From contig JARVJZ010000006.1 in the NCBI GenBank assembly GCA_029775855.1, positions 1 through 64,000 on the forward strand: DNA of 64,000 bases, in the 5' to 3' direction. Below, piece after piece: positions 9,294 to 18,831 of this stretch; the stretch's first letter is position 1; each line of letters starts with the position of its first letter. Below the pieces are notes generated by a model. The model saw only the letters and a program-made list of their open reading frames with translations, did not search any database and was not told the DNA's origin. This stretch comes from Nitrososphaeria archaeon. GTDB taxonomy: Archaea; Thermoproteota; Nitrososphaeria; Nitrososphaerales; JAAOZN01. The position numbers were made by a program, and so were the translations under genes.

Positions 9294-11209
9294 TACACTT
9301 TTATCGATTCTTGAACAGACGGGCTGAAGACTGGCAGCTTAAATAGTCTCTGAATAGAAATCTTTAGACTCTCCACCTTCCTCTTCTCACCGTGATTTAC
9401 GATCACTTGTTTAAGTTTAGGTCTAAGTTTAGATATGTATTTTATTATCTGGTTATAGTCACTATGTCCGCTAAAGCCATCGATCTTCTCAACCTTACAT
9501 CACACATCTATAAGCCGTATCTTATCCCCATCTTCAGCCAAGCTTATTTGCCTAGCACCATCCAATAATCTACGCCCAAGCGTTCCTTGAATTTGGTACG
9601 AAACAAACAGAATCTTATTCTTTTCCGACGAAGCGATTTCAGGAAGATATTCTATAACAGGTCCTCCTTCAAGCATACCTGATGTTGCCATTATGATAGC
9701 TGGCCCTTCTCTAAGAGCCTCTTCTCTATGACTTGGATGCTCTATATTAGTAATATATTCTGAGAGGAAGGGGTTGACACCATTCTCTATTATCCCTTCT
9801 CTTAACTCCTTTGCAAGATATTCTGGGTGTGATATATGGATGGCTGTGGCATCTGATAGCATGCCTTCGGTAAATATAGGAGCTTCTACTATCGCGCCGG
9901 AGCGTATCAGGCTGTCTAGTATGAGCATAATCTCCTGAGCTCTACCTACTGCTGGTGTAGGTATGAGCACCTTACCCCCATTAGATAGAGTCTCATTTAC
10001 CGAGTTAGCTAGCGTCTGCTCAGCTTCTTCTCGAGTAGGCATTATATCTTCTTTTGCACCATAGGTACTTTCAACTATTAGAGTCTCTACTCTTGGAAAG
10101 TTCCAGCTGGCACTATCAAGAAGCATGGTCTTAGCATACTTAAAGTCGCTTGTGTAAACTATGTTGTGCGCACCTTCACCTATGTGTAGATGCACTGTTG
10201 CTGAACCAAGGATATGCCCAGCGTTATTAAGCACAAGCTTAACATCTGGAGAAACATCGGTCACCACACCGTAAGGTAGAGTTATACAGTGTTCAACAAC
10301 TTCACGCACATCCCTTAACTCATATAGAGGTCTAGAGCCGGACATCGTAGAAACCTTAACAAAATCGTTCTGCAGAAGGGTCATTAAAGGAAGAGAAGGC
10401 TCGGTGCAATAAACTGGCCCGTCGTAACCATATTTGAAGAGCACAGGTAGAAAGCCTTGATGGTCTATGTGCGCGTGGCTTATCACTACCGCGTCGAGTT
10501 CATCTAAATCTAAGTCGACCCAATCTAATCTTGGGTATGCGTCTGGTGGAGTTCTGGTTCCCGGGTTAATACCACAATCTATTAGGATTCTGCTTTCTGG
10601 TGTTTTCACAAGTATAGCTGAACGACCAACTTCCTGTGACGCGCCGAGGAAGTAGATGACGATTTCCGTATTATTTGTAAGCCTACTTCTGAAGATTCTC
10701 TCACCTACGCTACGTAATATCTGCATCCTTTCTTCAGAGCTCGACTTAAGTGTGTGATATATCCACTGCATAGTTGGAGATTGTATATGTGACGCCTTCC
10801 TTATACGCAGCTTCCAACCTATCTCTTCTACTAACGCATATTGGTCAAGACCTTGTTCTTGCGTGAGAGCCTTTGGATTTTCAGCTTCCACTATCACCTC
10901 ACCTAAAGCATCATCAAAGATTATGGCTGTGACGTTGGCTTGAGGGGGTATCTTAGACGAAAGTAAACTCTTAGCCTCTGGTTCAGGCTTGCGTATTGAC
11001 TTATCTGTTCTGAGTACAACGCGCTTCTTTAATGTGTTGACTATTTCAGAGATGATAGCACTATTCTCAAGCAGAAACTTTGGTTTTCTTGTGTAAAGCG
11101 CTATTCTTGGGCCTTCATACTCTACTCTAGTAATCTCAGCTTCTGGTGGAATGTTTTGAAAGACTGTGTTTATCAGCGTATTCTGTGTTGAATTTAGTCG
11201 TTGACCCAA
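9290..11209 (-). CDS. fttA: beta-CASP ribonuclease aCPSF1 / transcription termination factor FttA, interrupted by an in-frame TGA at 9500-9502
   Basis: N-terminal KH domains, SHAHIDH, AGHILGS, ESTYG. The same frame continues past the TGA with CKVEKIDGFSGHSD...NHGE to TAA at 9290 (639 codons in total). Confidence 0.92.
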
Positions 11210-11219
11210 AATCTATCTT

Positions 11220-11876
11220 CTACCGAAAGTAGAGATCGTAAAACTTTTTCTTCTCTTGCTCGGTAAGCTCCCTGAAGCCGTTTTGAGTTATTACTGCGAT
11301 GTCAAAGCCATCTCCAGTTCCTGCGTTTCTCTTTATAGCGGCAATGACAGCCTTTGCTGCGACTTCAACAGCTTTGTCTAAGGTTAGATCTTCATGATAT
11401 TCGCTTTCCAAGACACCATATGCTACCGGCGAGCCGCTACCTGTTGAGACAAACTTGGCTTGGGTTAAAGAGCCGAGCAGATCTATATTATAGACACTAG
11501 GTCCATCTTGGTCAAATCCTCCTACAAGCACATCGGCGATATATGGGAAAAGCCTAGCTGAGAAGAAGATGTTTGATGCAAGCCTAGCAGCAGCTTTAAC
11601 AGGTATGGGTGTTCTCTTATCAATCTTATATAGGTTTGAGTAATATCTTATGGTATCGACTACATTCTGCGCATCAGCAACCGCGCCAGCTATAGTCATG
11701 GCGAGGTGGTCATCAATCTTCTGAATCTTCTTAACATGTTTATGTGCTATGAAGTATCCTCCAGCTATAGCTCTGGTATCTGTGGCAAGCACCGTTGCGT
11801 CTCTACAGACAATTCCTACGGTAGTTGTGCCGTGTAATCCCCTTAGATCATTAAACATTCTACTATCTATCGACAA
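11220..11876 (-). CDS. psmB: Proteasome beta subunit
   Basis: Propeptide, then HG|TTTVG, GAVADAQ, TGSGSPVAYG. Confidence 0.96.
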   Translation of the reverse strand: MSIDSRMFNDLRGLHGTTTVGIVCRDATVLATDTRAIAGGYFIAHKHVKKIQKIDDHLAMTIAGAVADAQNVVDTIRYYSNLYKIDKRTPIPVKAAARLASNIFFSARLFPYIADVLVGGFDQDGPSVYNIDLLGSLTQAKFVSTGSGSPVAYGVLESEYHEDLTLDKAVEVAAKAVIAAIKRNAGTGDGFDIAVITQNGFRELTEQEKKKFYDLYFR

Positions 11877-11994
11877 CTTAACTATATCACCTTAGCGCCA
11901 CACGGAGACTGAATCTTCTTTAGCGCTCACTTTAGCTTGGTATAAGGATTTAGATAAATCTTCCGTTTTACATACGTCTATAGGGCTTTATGAT

Positions 11995-12390
11995 CTACTT
12001 TAGCGGGACATATAGGCTGGATCTGGAAGCACCTATACCGGGAGTGCCGTGAACAACCTTCTTATTGGTTATCACAAATTCACCTAAGTAGTGTCCTATC
12101 ATCTCAGGTTTAATCTGAAGAGGAACGAATTCCTTCCCGTTATGTACGTGTATCGTTAACCCCACCATATACGGTAGTATAGGCATATCTCTAGCGTGCG
12201 TCTTGATAGGCTTAGTCAACTTACCATCACGCGCTGCTCTAATTTCTTCAAGGAGTTTACGTTTCTCATCAGAGACTCCTCTGTTAAGAGAACGCCTCTG
12301 CCTAGATGGTAAGAGCATAAGGAGGCTTTCAAAAGACATGTTTTGTAGCTGCTCTAAGGTGTATCCCCTATACTTAAACTCCTTTGGCAG
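11995..12390 (-). CDS. rps19: 30S ribosomal protein S19 (probable CTG start)
   Basis: KTHARDM...HNGKEF...[10 protein letters not shown]...GIGASRSS. The conserved N-terminus [14 protein letters not shown] lies in frame upstream of ATG 12339 and begins at CTG 12390. Confidence 0.93.
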   Translation of the reverse strand: MPKEFKYRGYTLEQLQNMSFESLLMLLPSRQRRSLNRGVSDEKRKLLEEIRAARDGKLTKPIKTHARDMPILPYMVGLTIHVHNGKEFVPLQIKPEMIGHYLGEFVITNKKVVHGTPGIGASRSSLYVPLK

Positions 12391-12391
12391 T

Positions 12392-13129
12392 TTACTTCAC
12401 CTCAACAACTCTTGAGATCCTCTTGCGCCCTGTCTTTCTCGGCGCCAAGTGACCTACTTTTCTCCCTGGTGGAGCGTTTCTGGAAGTAGAGGTTGATTTA
12501 CCTGGATGTTGGTGTCTCCCGCCGCCGAATGGGTGATAGACTACTGGCATGGCTACACCTCTTACTCTTGGATAGGGTTTGACTTTAGCTTTATGTATCC
12601 AGTAGTTCTTACCAGCTTTTAGCAGCGGCTTCTCTAATCTTCCACCGCCAGCCACACTTCCTATCATTGCCCTACACTTGTTGGATAACATTATCGTTCT
12701 ACCAGAAGGCATCCGGATTATAGATTTATCACCGCTTTGGGAGAAAAGTATGGCTGATGAGCCTGCGGACTTAACTAATCGCCCACCATCTCCTGGAGTA
12801 AGCTCTATGTTGCAGATTGTGCTTCCTTCAGGAATACTTGAGAGCGGGAGTATATTGCCTACTATAGGTTTAACAGAGGAGCCTATTTCAATTGTAGCGC
12901 CTTTGCTTAAGCCTTGAACCGCTACCGTGTAGAAGAAACCACCGTTCTCTAGATCTATTCTTGCTAAAGGAGCGTTCCTTCCCCTCTCGTGGAGTATATC
13001 AGAAACATAGCCTTTGATTGTTTCTGCTTTAATTGGTGGGTATCTGGCTTGGGATACTTTCCCTTTTTTAGGTGCTCGCCACTGCAAGCCTCCTTTACCA
13101 CGTCTTTGAGCTAGTATCCTCTTACCCAA
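12392..13129 (-). CDS. rpl2: 50S ribosomal protein L2
   Basis: [18 protein letters not shown]...[18 protein letters not shown]. Confidence 0.97.
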   Translation of the reverse strand: MGKRILAQRRGKGGLQWRAPKKGKVSQARYPPIKAETIKGYVSDILHERGRNAPLARIDLENGGFFYTVAVQGLSKGATIEIGSSVKPIVGNILPLSSIPEGSTICNIELTPGDGGRLVKSAGSSAILFSQSGDKSIIRMPSGRTIMLSNKCRAMIGSVAGGGRLEKPLLKAGKNYWIHKAKVKPYPRVRGVAMPVVYHPFGGGRHQHPGKSTSTSRNAPPGRKVGHLAPRKTGRKRISRVVEVK

Positions 13130-13133
13130 TTTA

Positions 13134-13409
13134 TTACACCAACCCTAGTTTTGAAGCTAAATCTGTAGCTGAACTTTCTTTTGCGAGTTTGACATATGCT
13201 TTCTTTCCTTTAACCGTGTTAAGCACGTTTACTGATTCTACTTTAACCGAATACAGCACTTCAACCGCCTTCTTAATCTTATTCTTATCTGCATTCCTAT
13301 CTACGATAAAGGTTAGTTTATTTTCTTTTTCAATAAGGTCGAATGTCTTTTCAGTAACATATGGGTATAAGATCACCTTCATAGCGTCTTCAGGACGCAA
13401 ACCGTTCAC
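13134..13409 (-). CDS. rpl23: 50S ribosomal protein L23
   Basis: YPYVTEK...NKLTFIVD...KKAYVKL. Confidence 0.95.
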   Translation of the reverse strand: MNGLRPEDAMKVILYPYVTEKTFDLIEKENKLTFIVDRNADKNKIKKAVEVLYSVKVESVNVLNTVKGKKAYVKLAKESSATDLASKLGLV

Positions 13410-14193
13410 TCACCTCCAAAACACCTTTCGGTAGAGACTGTAGTGCTGCCTTAGACCAAACAACCAGCCTACCGGCTTGACCTCCTGGTGCTAGTTGGAG
13501 GACTGAAAGGTCTTTAGCCAACACACATTCAACACCAGGTAAATTTGCAGTAGCCTTCTCCAAACCCCTCTTCTCAGCTACGACAAAGAGAGGGCCTTTT
13601 GGAACACGCTTTGTTCTACCACGCATCCGTGGCTTTCCCGATCTGCGTTTAACACCATTTTGAGCCCTAAGCACATCATCCATAAGTCCTAAGCTTGTTA
13701 GAACGGGTTTTAGATCTTTTAATTTACTTATAGTTTCTATTTCTTCACTTACGATTAAAGGTAAGCTTGGAACCTTATCTACTTTGTGCCCTCTTGCTAC
13801 TACAATGTTCCGTAGGGCTGTGGCTGCTGCTGCTGAGGCTGTGGCGAGCCACTTCTCTTTCTCATTTACATCTTTCCATATTATCTTCTCTGCCTTAGGT
13901 GGATGGGCTTGCCTACCCTTTACTACGCCTGCAACACCAGCTGCTTGACCCGCACGAGGCCCCCCGCCTTTTACACGCGCCAACCTGGCTATACCTAAAC
14001 CTACACCACGTGAGATGGCAGTCGTTCTTTCTCCAGCTAAGGGGTCTCGACCTTGTGGTTGTAGGCGATGTGTGAATAGAGCCCAGAAGACCCTTCTTAT
14101 AACATCTGGTCTAAAAGGTGTGTTAAAGACTTTTGGAGCCTCTAGTTTTGCTATAACCGAGCCGTCTAAACCGTAAACATTTAGCTCAGACAA
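13390..14193 (-). CDS. rpl4: 50S ribosomal protein L4
   Basis: [28 protein letters not shown]. Start set to TTG 14193. Confidence 0.95.
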   Translation of the reverse strand: MSELNVYGLDGSVIAKLEAPKVFNTPFRPDVIRRVFWALFTHRLQPQGRDPLAGERTTAISRGVGLGIARLARVKGGGPRAGQAAGVAGVVKGRQAHPPKAEKIIWKDVNEKEKWLATASAAAATALRNIVVARGHKVDKVPSLPLIVSEEIETISKLKDLKPVLTSLGLMDDVLRAQNGVKRRSGKPRMRGRTKRVPKGPLFVVAEKRGLEKATANLPGVECVLAKDLSVLQLAPGGQAGRLVVWSKAALQSLPKGVLEVSERFAS

Positions 14194-14200
14194 TTTCCTT

Positions 14201-15205
14201 TCAACCTCTAACCAATATGCTGGTCTCAAGGATCTTAGGTGGCTGTATCTTGCTAACCTTAGGTCTTACAGCATACCTTAATCTTATAAGCCGCTTAGTC
14301 GGGCCTGGTATAGATCCTCTAAGTACCATGTAGTCGCAGTTAACTACACCAAACTTATGGAAACCACCTTTAGGTGTAATAGGTGTTTCAGCTGGGTTGG
14401 CTATCAAAAGTATTCTCTTATTATATTCAATTCTTTTGTGGAAGCCACGTTGCCCAGCTCTTGGGATTGTATACATGATTGTCGCTGGATGCCAAGGGTT
14501 TAGAGCACCTACAGCCCTTACACTCTTCCGAGATTTATGCTGCTTACGTTTAATCCCAAACCTAGTAACCGGGCCTTCGAATCCTTTACCTTTTGTGATC
14601 GCAGCTACATCTACATACATACCAGGTTTGAATACTTCGCTTATCTTCAACTGTTTTCCTAAGATGGATTTGAGATATTCAAAGCGCTCTTTTATGTTTC
14701 CTCCTCCTACTGTGATCTCGAAGAGGAAAGGTTTCTTTTGTGATAAGCCGGCATCTCTTGGTCTTGTGTAAACTAGAGCTGTAAATTTTACGATGCTATC
14801 CAGATTCTTTTCAATTTCAGATAACGCTTTGTTTTGGTCTGGTACCTTCATCTTTAGGCGGCGTTCGATATCTTTAGGTTGAGTTTTAGCGTAAACGTCA
14901 CAGAAGGCTTGTAGCGCACCGTTAACCTTTCTATATGCTCTGAAGCCGTAAACAACCATTGGTGGTGTAGCTATAATTGTGGAAGCATTAAAGAGGGGTT
15001 TACCAAAGTTAGGCGTCTTTTCCCTATCATCAATTGTGATAACATGCATACAACCTACTTTATAACCTGCAAACCCTAGAATAGTGGGTTTCTGGATTAG
15101 AGGAGTTTCAAATGATTGTAGAGCCGGAACTATACGTTTAGCACGTGCTCTAGGTCTGTAGGCTAAAGAACCTCTTCTCGGTGCGCTATGCTTTCTGTGA
15201 CCCAA
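14201..15205 (-). CDS. rpl3: 50S ribosomal protein L3
   Basis: PRRGSLAYRPRARA, GFAGYKVG, TKGKGFEGPV, GSIPGP. Confidence 0.97.
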   Translation of the reverse strand: MGHRKHSAPRRGSLAYRPRARAKRIVPALQSFETPLIQKPTILGFAGYKVGCMHVITIDDREKTPNFGKPLFNASTIIATPPMVVYGFRAYRKVNGALQAFCDVYAKTQPKDIERRLKMKVPDQNKALSEIEKNLDSIVKFTALVYTRPRDAGLSQKKPFLFEITVGGGNIKERFEYLKSILGKQLKISEVFKPGMYVDVAAITKGKGFEGPVTRFGIKRKQHKSRKSVRAVGALNPWHPATIMYTIPRAGQRGFHKRIEYNKRILLIANPAETPITPKGGFHKFGVVNCDYMVLRGSIPGPTKRLIRLRYAVRPKVSKIQPPKILETSILVRG

Positions 15206-15416
15206 TTCTCTTCAGTCTATGGTTGGTGGCCTTTGCATACTTTTTAAACCTTTACTTTAAGTATACTCTTGCTATTGAGTTAAAGTGCTATGTCTGTGAT
15301 TGTCTTATAATCCTAATTTTTTAAGGCAGATATCTTTTTAGAGACAGATTTAAAAGGGGAAAACTTTAGTGTAGGTATTGCATAAAGTATCATGAGGATA
15401 GGAGCGTAGATTGTAA

Positions 15417-16874
15417 ATGGTGCAGATAACTGAACTTGTGTTCAGAGATGGGCATCAATCAGTGCTAGCTACAAGGCTGAGAACCGAAGACATGATTCCT
15501 ATAGCAAAGACTGTTGACGAAGTAGGCTTCTTCTCTGTGGAGGTTTGGGGTGGTGCAACCTTTGACGTCTGTTTAAGATATTTAGCGGAAGATCCTTGGG
15601 AGAGGTTGCGGCTTTTCAAGCAGAATATGCCTAACACTCCTCTTCAGATGTTGGAGAGAGCCATGAATATAGTGGCTTATAGAAACTTCCCAGATGATAT
15701 CGTCATCAAATTCATTGAACTCGCACATAAGAATGGTGTTGATTATTTTAGAATATTTGATGCGCTTAACGATCTAAGAAACCTTAAGGTGCCGATAGAA
15801 GCTGCTAAGAGGGTTGGAGCGCACGTTCAAGGAACGCTCTGCTACGCTATAAGTCCTATTCACACGGTTGAATATTATGTGGAGCAGTTCAAGGAGCTTG
15901 CAAAGATGGGTTGCGACTCGCTATGCATAAAGGACATGGCGGGCATAATATCTCCCCAGAGGGCGTATGACATCATCAAGGCGTGTAAAGATGAGGGGAT
16001 AAAGATCCCAATAGACCTACATTCACACACCACAAGCGGCATGGCTGACCTAGCTTACATAAAAGCATGCGAAGCTGGCGTGGATATAATAGACTGCTGT
16101 ATATCACCTTTAGCGAATGGAACGGGGCATCCACCGACAGAATCTGTAGTCGCCGGGCTTATGGATACACCTTACGATCCCGGCTACGATTTACAGCTGC
16201 TTGGGAAGTGTAGGGACTACTTCCAGAAGGTTTGGGAGAAGTATAAGCATCTGCATAGAGAGCAAGCAATGAAAGTTGACCCATCAGCCACAGTCCACCA
16301 GATACCTGGGGGTATGCTTTCTAACTTTGTTATACAGCTTGAGCAGTTTGGTGCTGTTGAGAAGTATCATGAAGTGTTGCTGGAGACGGCTAGAGTTCAG
16401 AAGGACTTTGGTTGGCCGCCTCTTGTCACACCTACTTCACAGATAATTGGTGTCCAAGCGACTTTAAATGTTGTGTTTGGGCGGTACAAGCGTGTCACAA
16501 AAGAGACGAAGGATTATGTTAGAGGTATGTATGGTAAGCCGCCTGCTGAGATCCCAGATGAAGTTAAGGAGATGGTGTTAGGTCCCAATTGGAAGGATGA
16601 GATTATAACTTGCAGACCAGCAGACCTACTTGAACCTATGTATAAGCAACTTAGAGATGAGATGTCTAGTAAAGGGCTTCCAACAACACCTGAGTGGATA
16701 GTCTCCTACGCCCTTTTCCCGGCGCAGACAGAAGACTTCCTAAGGGGCAAAGCGAAACCTGAATTCACATCACAGCAGCTGCCTCTTGAGCTAGGTCCGG
16801 GTGAGCGGAGATTTAAGGCTAGGTTTAACGGTGCAGAATATGATGTTGTAATCTTGAAGTCAAAGGGAGGTTAG
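15417..16874 (+). CDS. Pyruvate carboxylase subunit B / oxaloacetate decarboxylase alpha / transcarboxylase 5S-type carboxyltransferase, lacking a biotinyl domain
   Basis: FRDGHQS, EVWGGATFD..LRYLAEDPWERL, IKDMAG, LHSH, HQIPGGMLSN, PPLVTPTSQI. Confidence 0.9.
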   Translation: MVQITELVFRDGHQSVLATRLRTEDMIPIAKTVDEVGFFSVEVWGGATFDVCLRYLAEDPWERLRLFKQNMPNTPLQMLERAMNIVAYRNFPDDIVIKFIELAHKNGVDYFRIFDALNDLRNLKVPIEAAKRVGAHVQGTLCYAISPIHTVEYYVEQFKELAKMGCDSLCIKDMAGIISPQRAYDIIKACKDEGIKIPIDLHSHTTSGMADLAYIKACEAGVDIIDCCISPLANGTGHPPTESVVAGLMDTPYDPGYDLQLLGKCRDYFQKVWEKYKHLHREQAMKVDPSATVHQIPGGMLSNFVIQLEQFGAVEKYHEVLLETARVQKDFGWPPLVTPTSQIIGVQATLNVVFGRYKRVTKETKDYVRGMYGKPPAEIPDEVKEMVLGPNWKDEIITCRPADLLEPMYKQLRDEMSSKGLPTTPEWIVSYALFPAQTEDFLRGKAKPEFTSQQLPLELGPGERRFKARFNGAEYDVVILKSKGG

Positions 16875-16879
16875 TTTGC

Positions 16880-17062
16880 TTGGCTAATGAGCTTGAGCAC
16901 GTGTTCTTCTGCAGGAAGTGTAGAAGGCTTAGGAGGGTTTATGAGGCTCATCGTGAGGTGCTGGTGCTGCCTGAGCAGAAACCTGAGTTTGATGTCGTAA
17001 CTTATTGCTGCACGATCTGTAAGGAGCCGGTGGTTGAAATAACAGAGGTTTCTAGGAGGTAG
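16880..17062 (+). CDS. Small Zn-ribbon protein
   Basis: CRKC...CCTIC. Preceded by SD GGGAGG and tightly packed in the operon. Confidence 0.65.
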   Translation: MANELEHVFFCRKCRRLRRVYEAHREVLVLPEQKPEFDVVTYCCTICKEPVVEITEVSRR

Positions 17063-17066
17063 GTGT

Positions 17067-17444
17067 ATGCCTGAGCGTATAATAAAGAGGGCTAGAAATT
17101 TTGCTCCTAACCTCTACTTTCAGATACCTATGAGAACGGTTGTTAAGCACAATATTAAAAGGGGTGATACACTTTACTGCACTCTGCGTAGGATCTTTGA
17201 TTCAGAGGGAAATCTGCTGATTGAGGTAAATAGGGAATTAGAGTGCCAGATAAAGCAGAGAGACAACAGGTTTTATGTGCCTCCAGAACTCGTCAAAGAA
17301 CTTAACCTTATAGGTGTTGAATATTACGAATTCGTCTTGCATAAAATAAAGAGGAATGATGGGGCTGAGGTTGAGATATACCCTAAGGAGATGATTGAGA
17401 AAGAAGTAATAAGAGTAAAGGAGGTTCCAACTCAGCAACTGTGA
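17067..17444 (+). CDS. Hypothetical protein with duplicated AbrB/MraZ-like motifs
   Basis: YFQIPMRTVVKHNIKRGD and RFYVPPELVKELNL repeats; SD AGGTG. Confidence 0.55.
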   Translation: MPERIIKRARNFAPNLYFQIPMRTVVKHNIKRGDTLYCTLRRIFDSEGNLLIEVNRELECQIKQRDNRFYVPPELVKELNLIGVEYYEFVLHKIKRNDGAEVEIYPKEMIEKEVIRVKEVPTQQL

Positions 17445-17488
17445 ATATGCTTATATAGTAAGTGGTAGAGAAACCAGAGGAGAGAGCC

Positions 17489-17785
17489 TTGGTATTAGTA
17501 GGATGGGAGTGGATTGTCGTAATAGCCATAGTCGCGATTATATTGATCTGGGGTCCTGGTCAGATACCTAAACTAGCTAAAGCTTTGGGTCAGGCGAAGA
17601 AGGAGTTGAAGCAGGCAGGCGAAGAAGGGGAAGCCGCTGAAGGGGTTAAGAAGAAGGATGAAGCAGCGGTTGAAGTAGACCCACTTATAGTGACTGCTAT
17701 AAAGATGGGTATAGATGTTTCCGGTAAGACTAAAGAGCAGATATCCCAAGAGATTATAGAAAGGAGTAAAGCTAAGCAGTCTTAA
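17489..17785 (+). CDS. tatA: Twin-arginine translocase TatA/E subunit
   Basis: GWEWIVV..ILIWGPGQIPKLAKALGQAKKEL. Confidence 0.9.
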   Translation: MVLVGWEWIVVIAIVAIILIWGPGQIPKLAKALGQAKKELKQAGEEGEAAEGVKKKDEAAVEVDPLIVTAIKMGIDVSGKTKEQISQEIIERSKAKQS

Positions 17786-17862
17786 AGCAGATTATAGCGT
17801 ATCTTAGGTGTAGCACCTTATTATGCTTAATCTAAAATAGGGAGCCTTTTGGATGTGATGAT

Positions 17863-18801
17863 ATGCATATAGCTCAGATTGGTACCGGTAGGGTTGGTAG
17901 GCCTACCGCATATTCGATTCTTTCTCTTGGTCTTGCTGATGAGCTTACGGTCTGTGATATAAAGGATAGGCTTGCTTCGGCGTTCGCTGAGGAGTTGAGG
18001 CATGCTGCTGCGTCTATGGGTTTGGATACTGAGATCATAGATGCTACACACGCTAGCGAGGTTTCAGGTGCGGATGTAATTCTCATTTCAGCTGGTAGGT
18101 CTAGGAGACCTGGGGAGAGGATAACCCGTAGAGATTTGACCGCTATAAATGCTAAGACGGTTAGGGAGGTTGCTGAGGCCACTAGGTCTGGTAATAGAGG
18201 TGCGCGATATATTGTTATCACTAATCCTGTTGATGCGATGGCTATGATTTGTAAGAAGTATTCTGGTGCAGATTTTGTTATAAGCACGAGTACAAGTCTT
18301 GAGTCGTCAAGATTTAGGGCTAAGTTGGCTGCTATGTTTGATGTGCCTGTGAGTATGGTTCAAGGGTGGGTTGGTGGTGAGCACGGTAGTGCTGCTGTGC
18401 CTCTCTGGTCTCAGACGCGTGTATGTGGATTTGAGGCTGATGAATACGCCAAGATGCGCGGATTTCAGCTCGATAAAGGTGAAGTTGAGAGGTATGTGAA
18501 GGAGGTTTCTGAGTTTATAATTGAGGAGGTTGGAGCTACAGAATACGGCCCAGCATCAATATTCGCACGCATCGTAAGAGCTATTGTGAAGAACACAGAC
18601 GAGTTTATTCCAGTAGCCACTCCTATGAAGTTCTCATCTTTGCCTGAGCCTATATATGTAGGCTGCCCAACCCGACTCGGCTTAAGCATAGGCCCAAACT
18701 TATATGAAGCGCTTCAACCGAGTGAGAAGCGGGCTTTAGAAGAGGCAGCTAAGATCATATACCAAACTTACCTTCAAGCAGACGAAGCGTGCCGAGAGTA
18801 G
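17863..18801 (+). CDS. mdh: Malate/lactate dehydrogenase family protein (MDH-like specificity loop)
   Basis: IGTGRVG, SAGRSRRPG..TRRDL (Arg at the specificity position), TNPVD, GEHG. Confidence 0.8.
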   Translation: MHIAQIGTGRVGRPTAYSILSLGLADELTVCDIKDRLASAFAEELRHAAASMGLDTEIIDATHASEVSGADVILISAGRSRRPGERITRRDLTAINAKTVREVAEATRSGNRGARYIVITNPVDAMAMICKKYSGADFVISTSTSLESSRFRAKLAAMFDVPVSMVQGWVGGEHGSAAVPLWSQTRVCGFEADEYAKMRGFQLDKGEVERYVKEVSEFIIEEVGATEYGPASIFARIVRAIVKNTDEFIPVATPMKFSSLPEPIYVGCPTRLGLSIGPNLYEALQPSEKRALEEAAKIIYQTYLQADEACRE

Positions 18802-18831
18802 TTATTTGTGGAAGGCAGATCTCAAAAACAG

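Noticed and set aside
9500-9502. Selenocysteine or genome-wide TGA reassignment as the explanation of the fttA TGA
   Set aside because: TGA ends many genes here at their expected C-termini (rpl13, rps9, nrdJ). The position is not a known catalytic Cys, and no Sec machinery is visible in the window.
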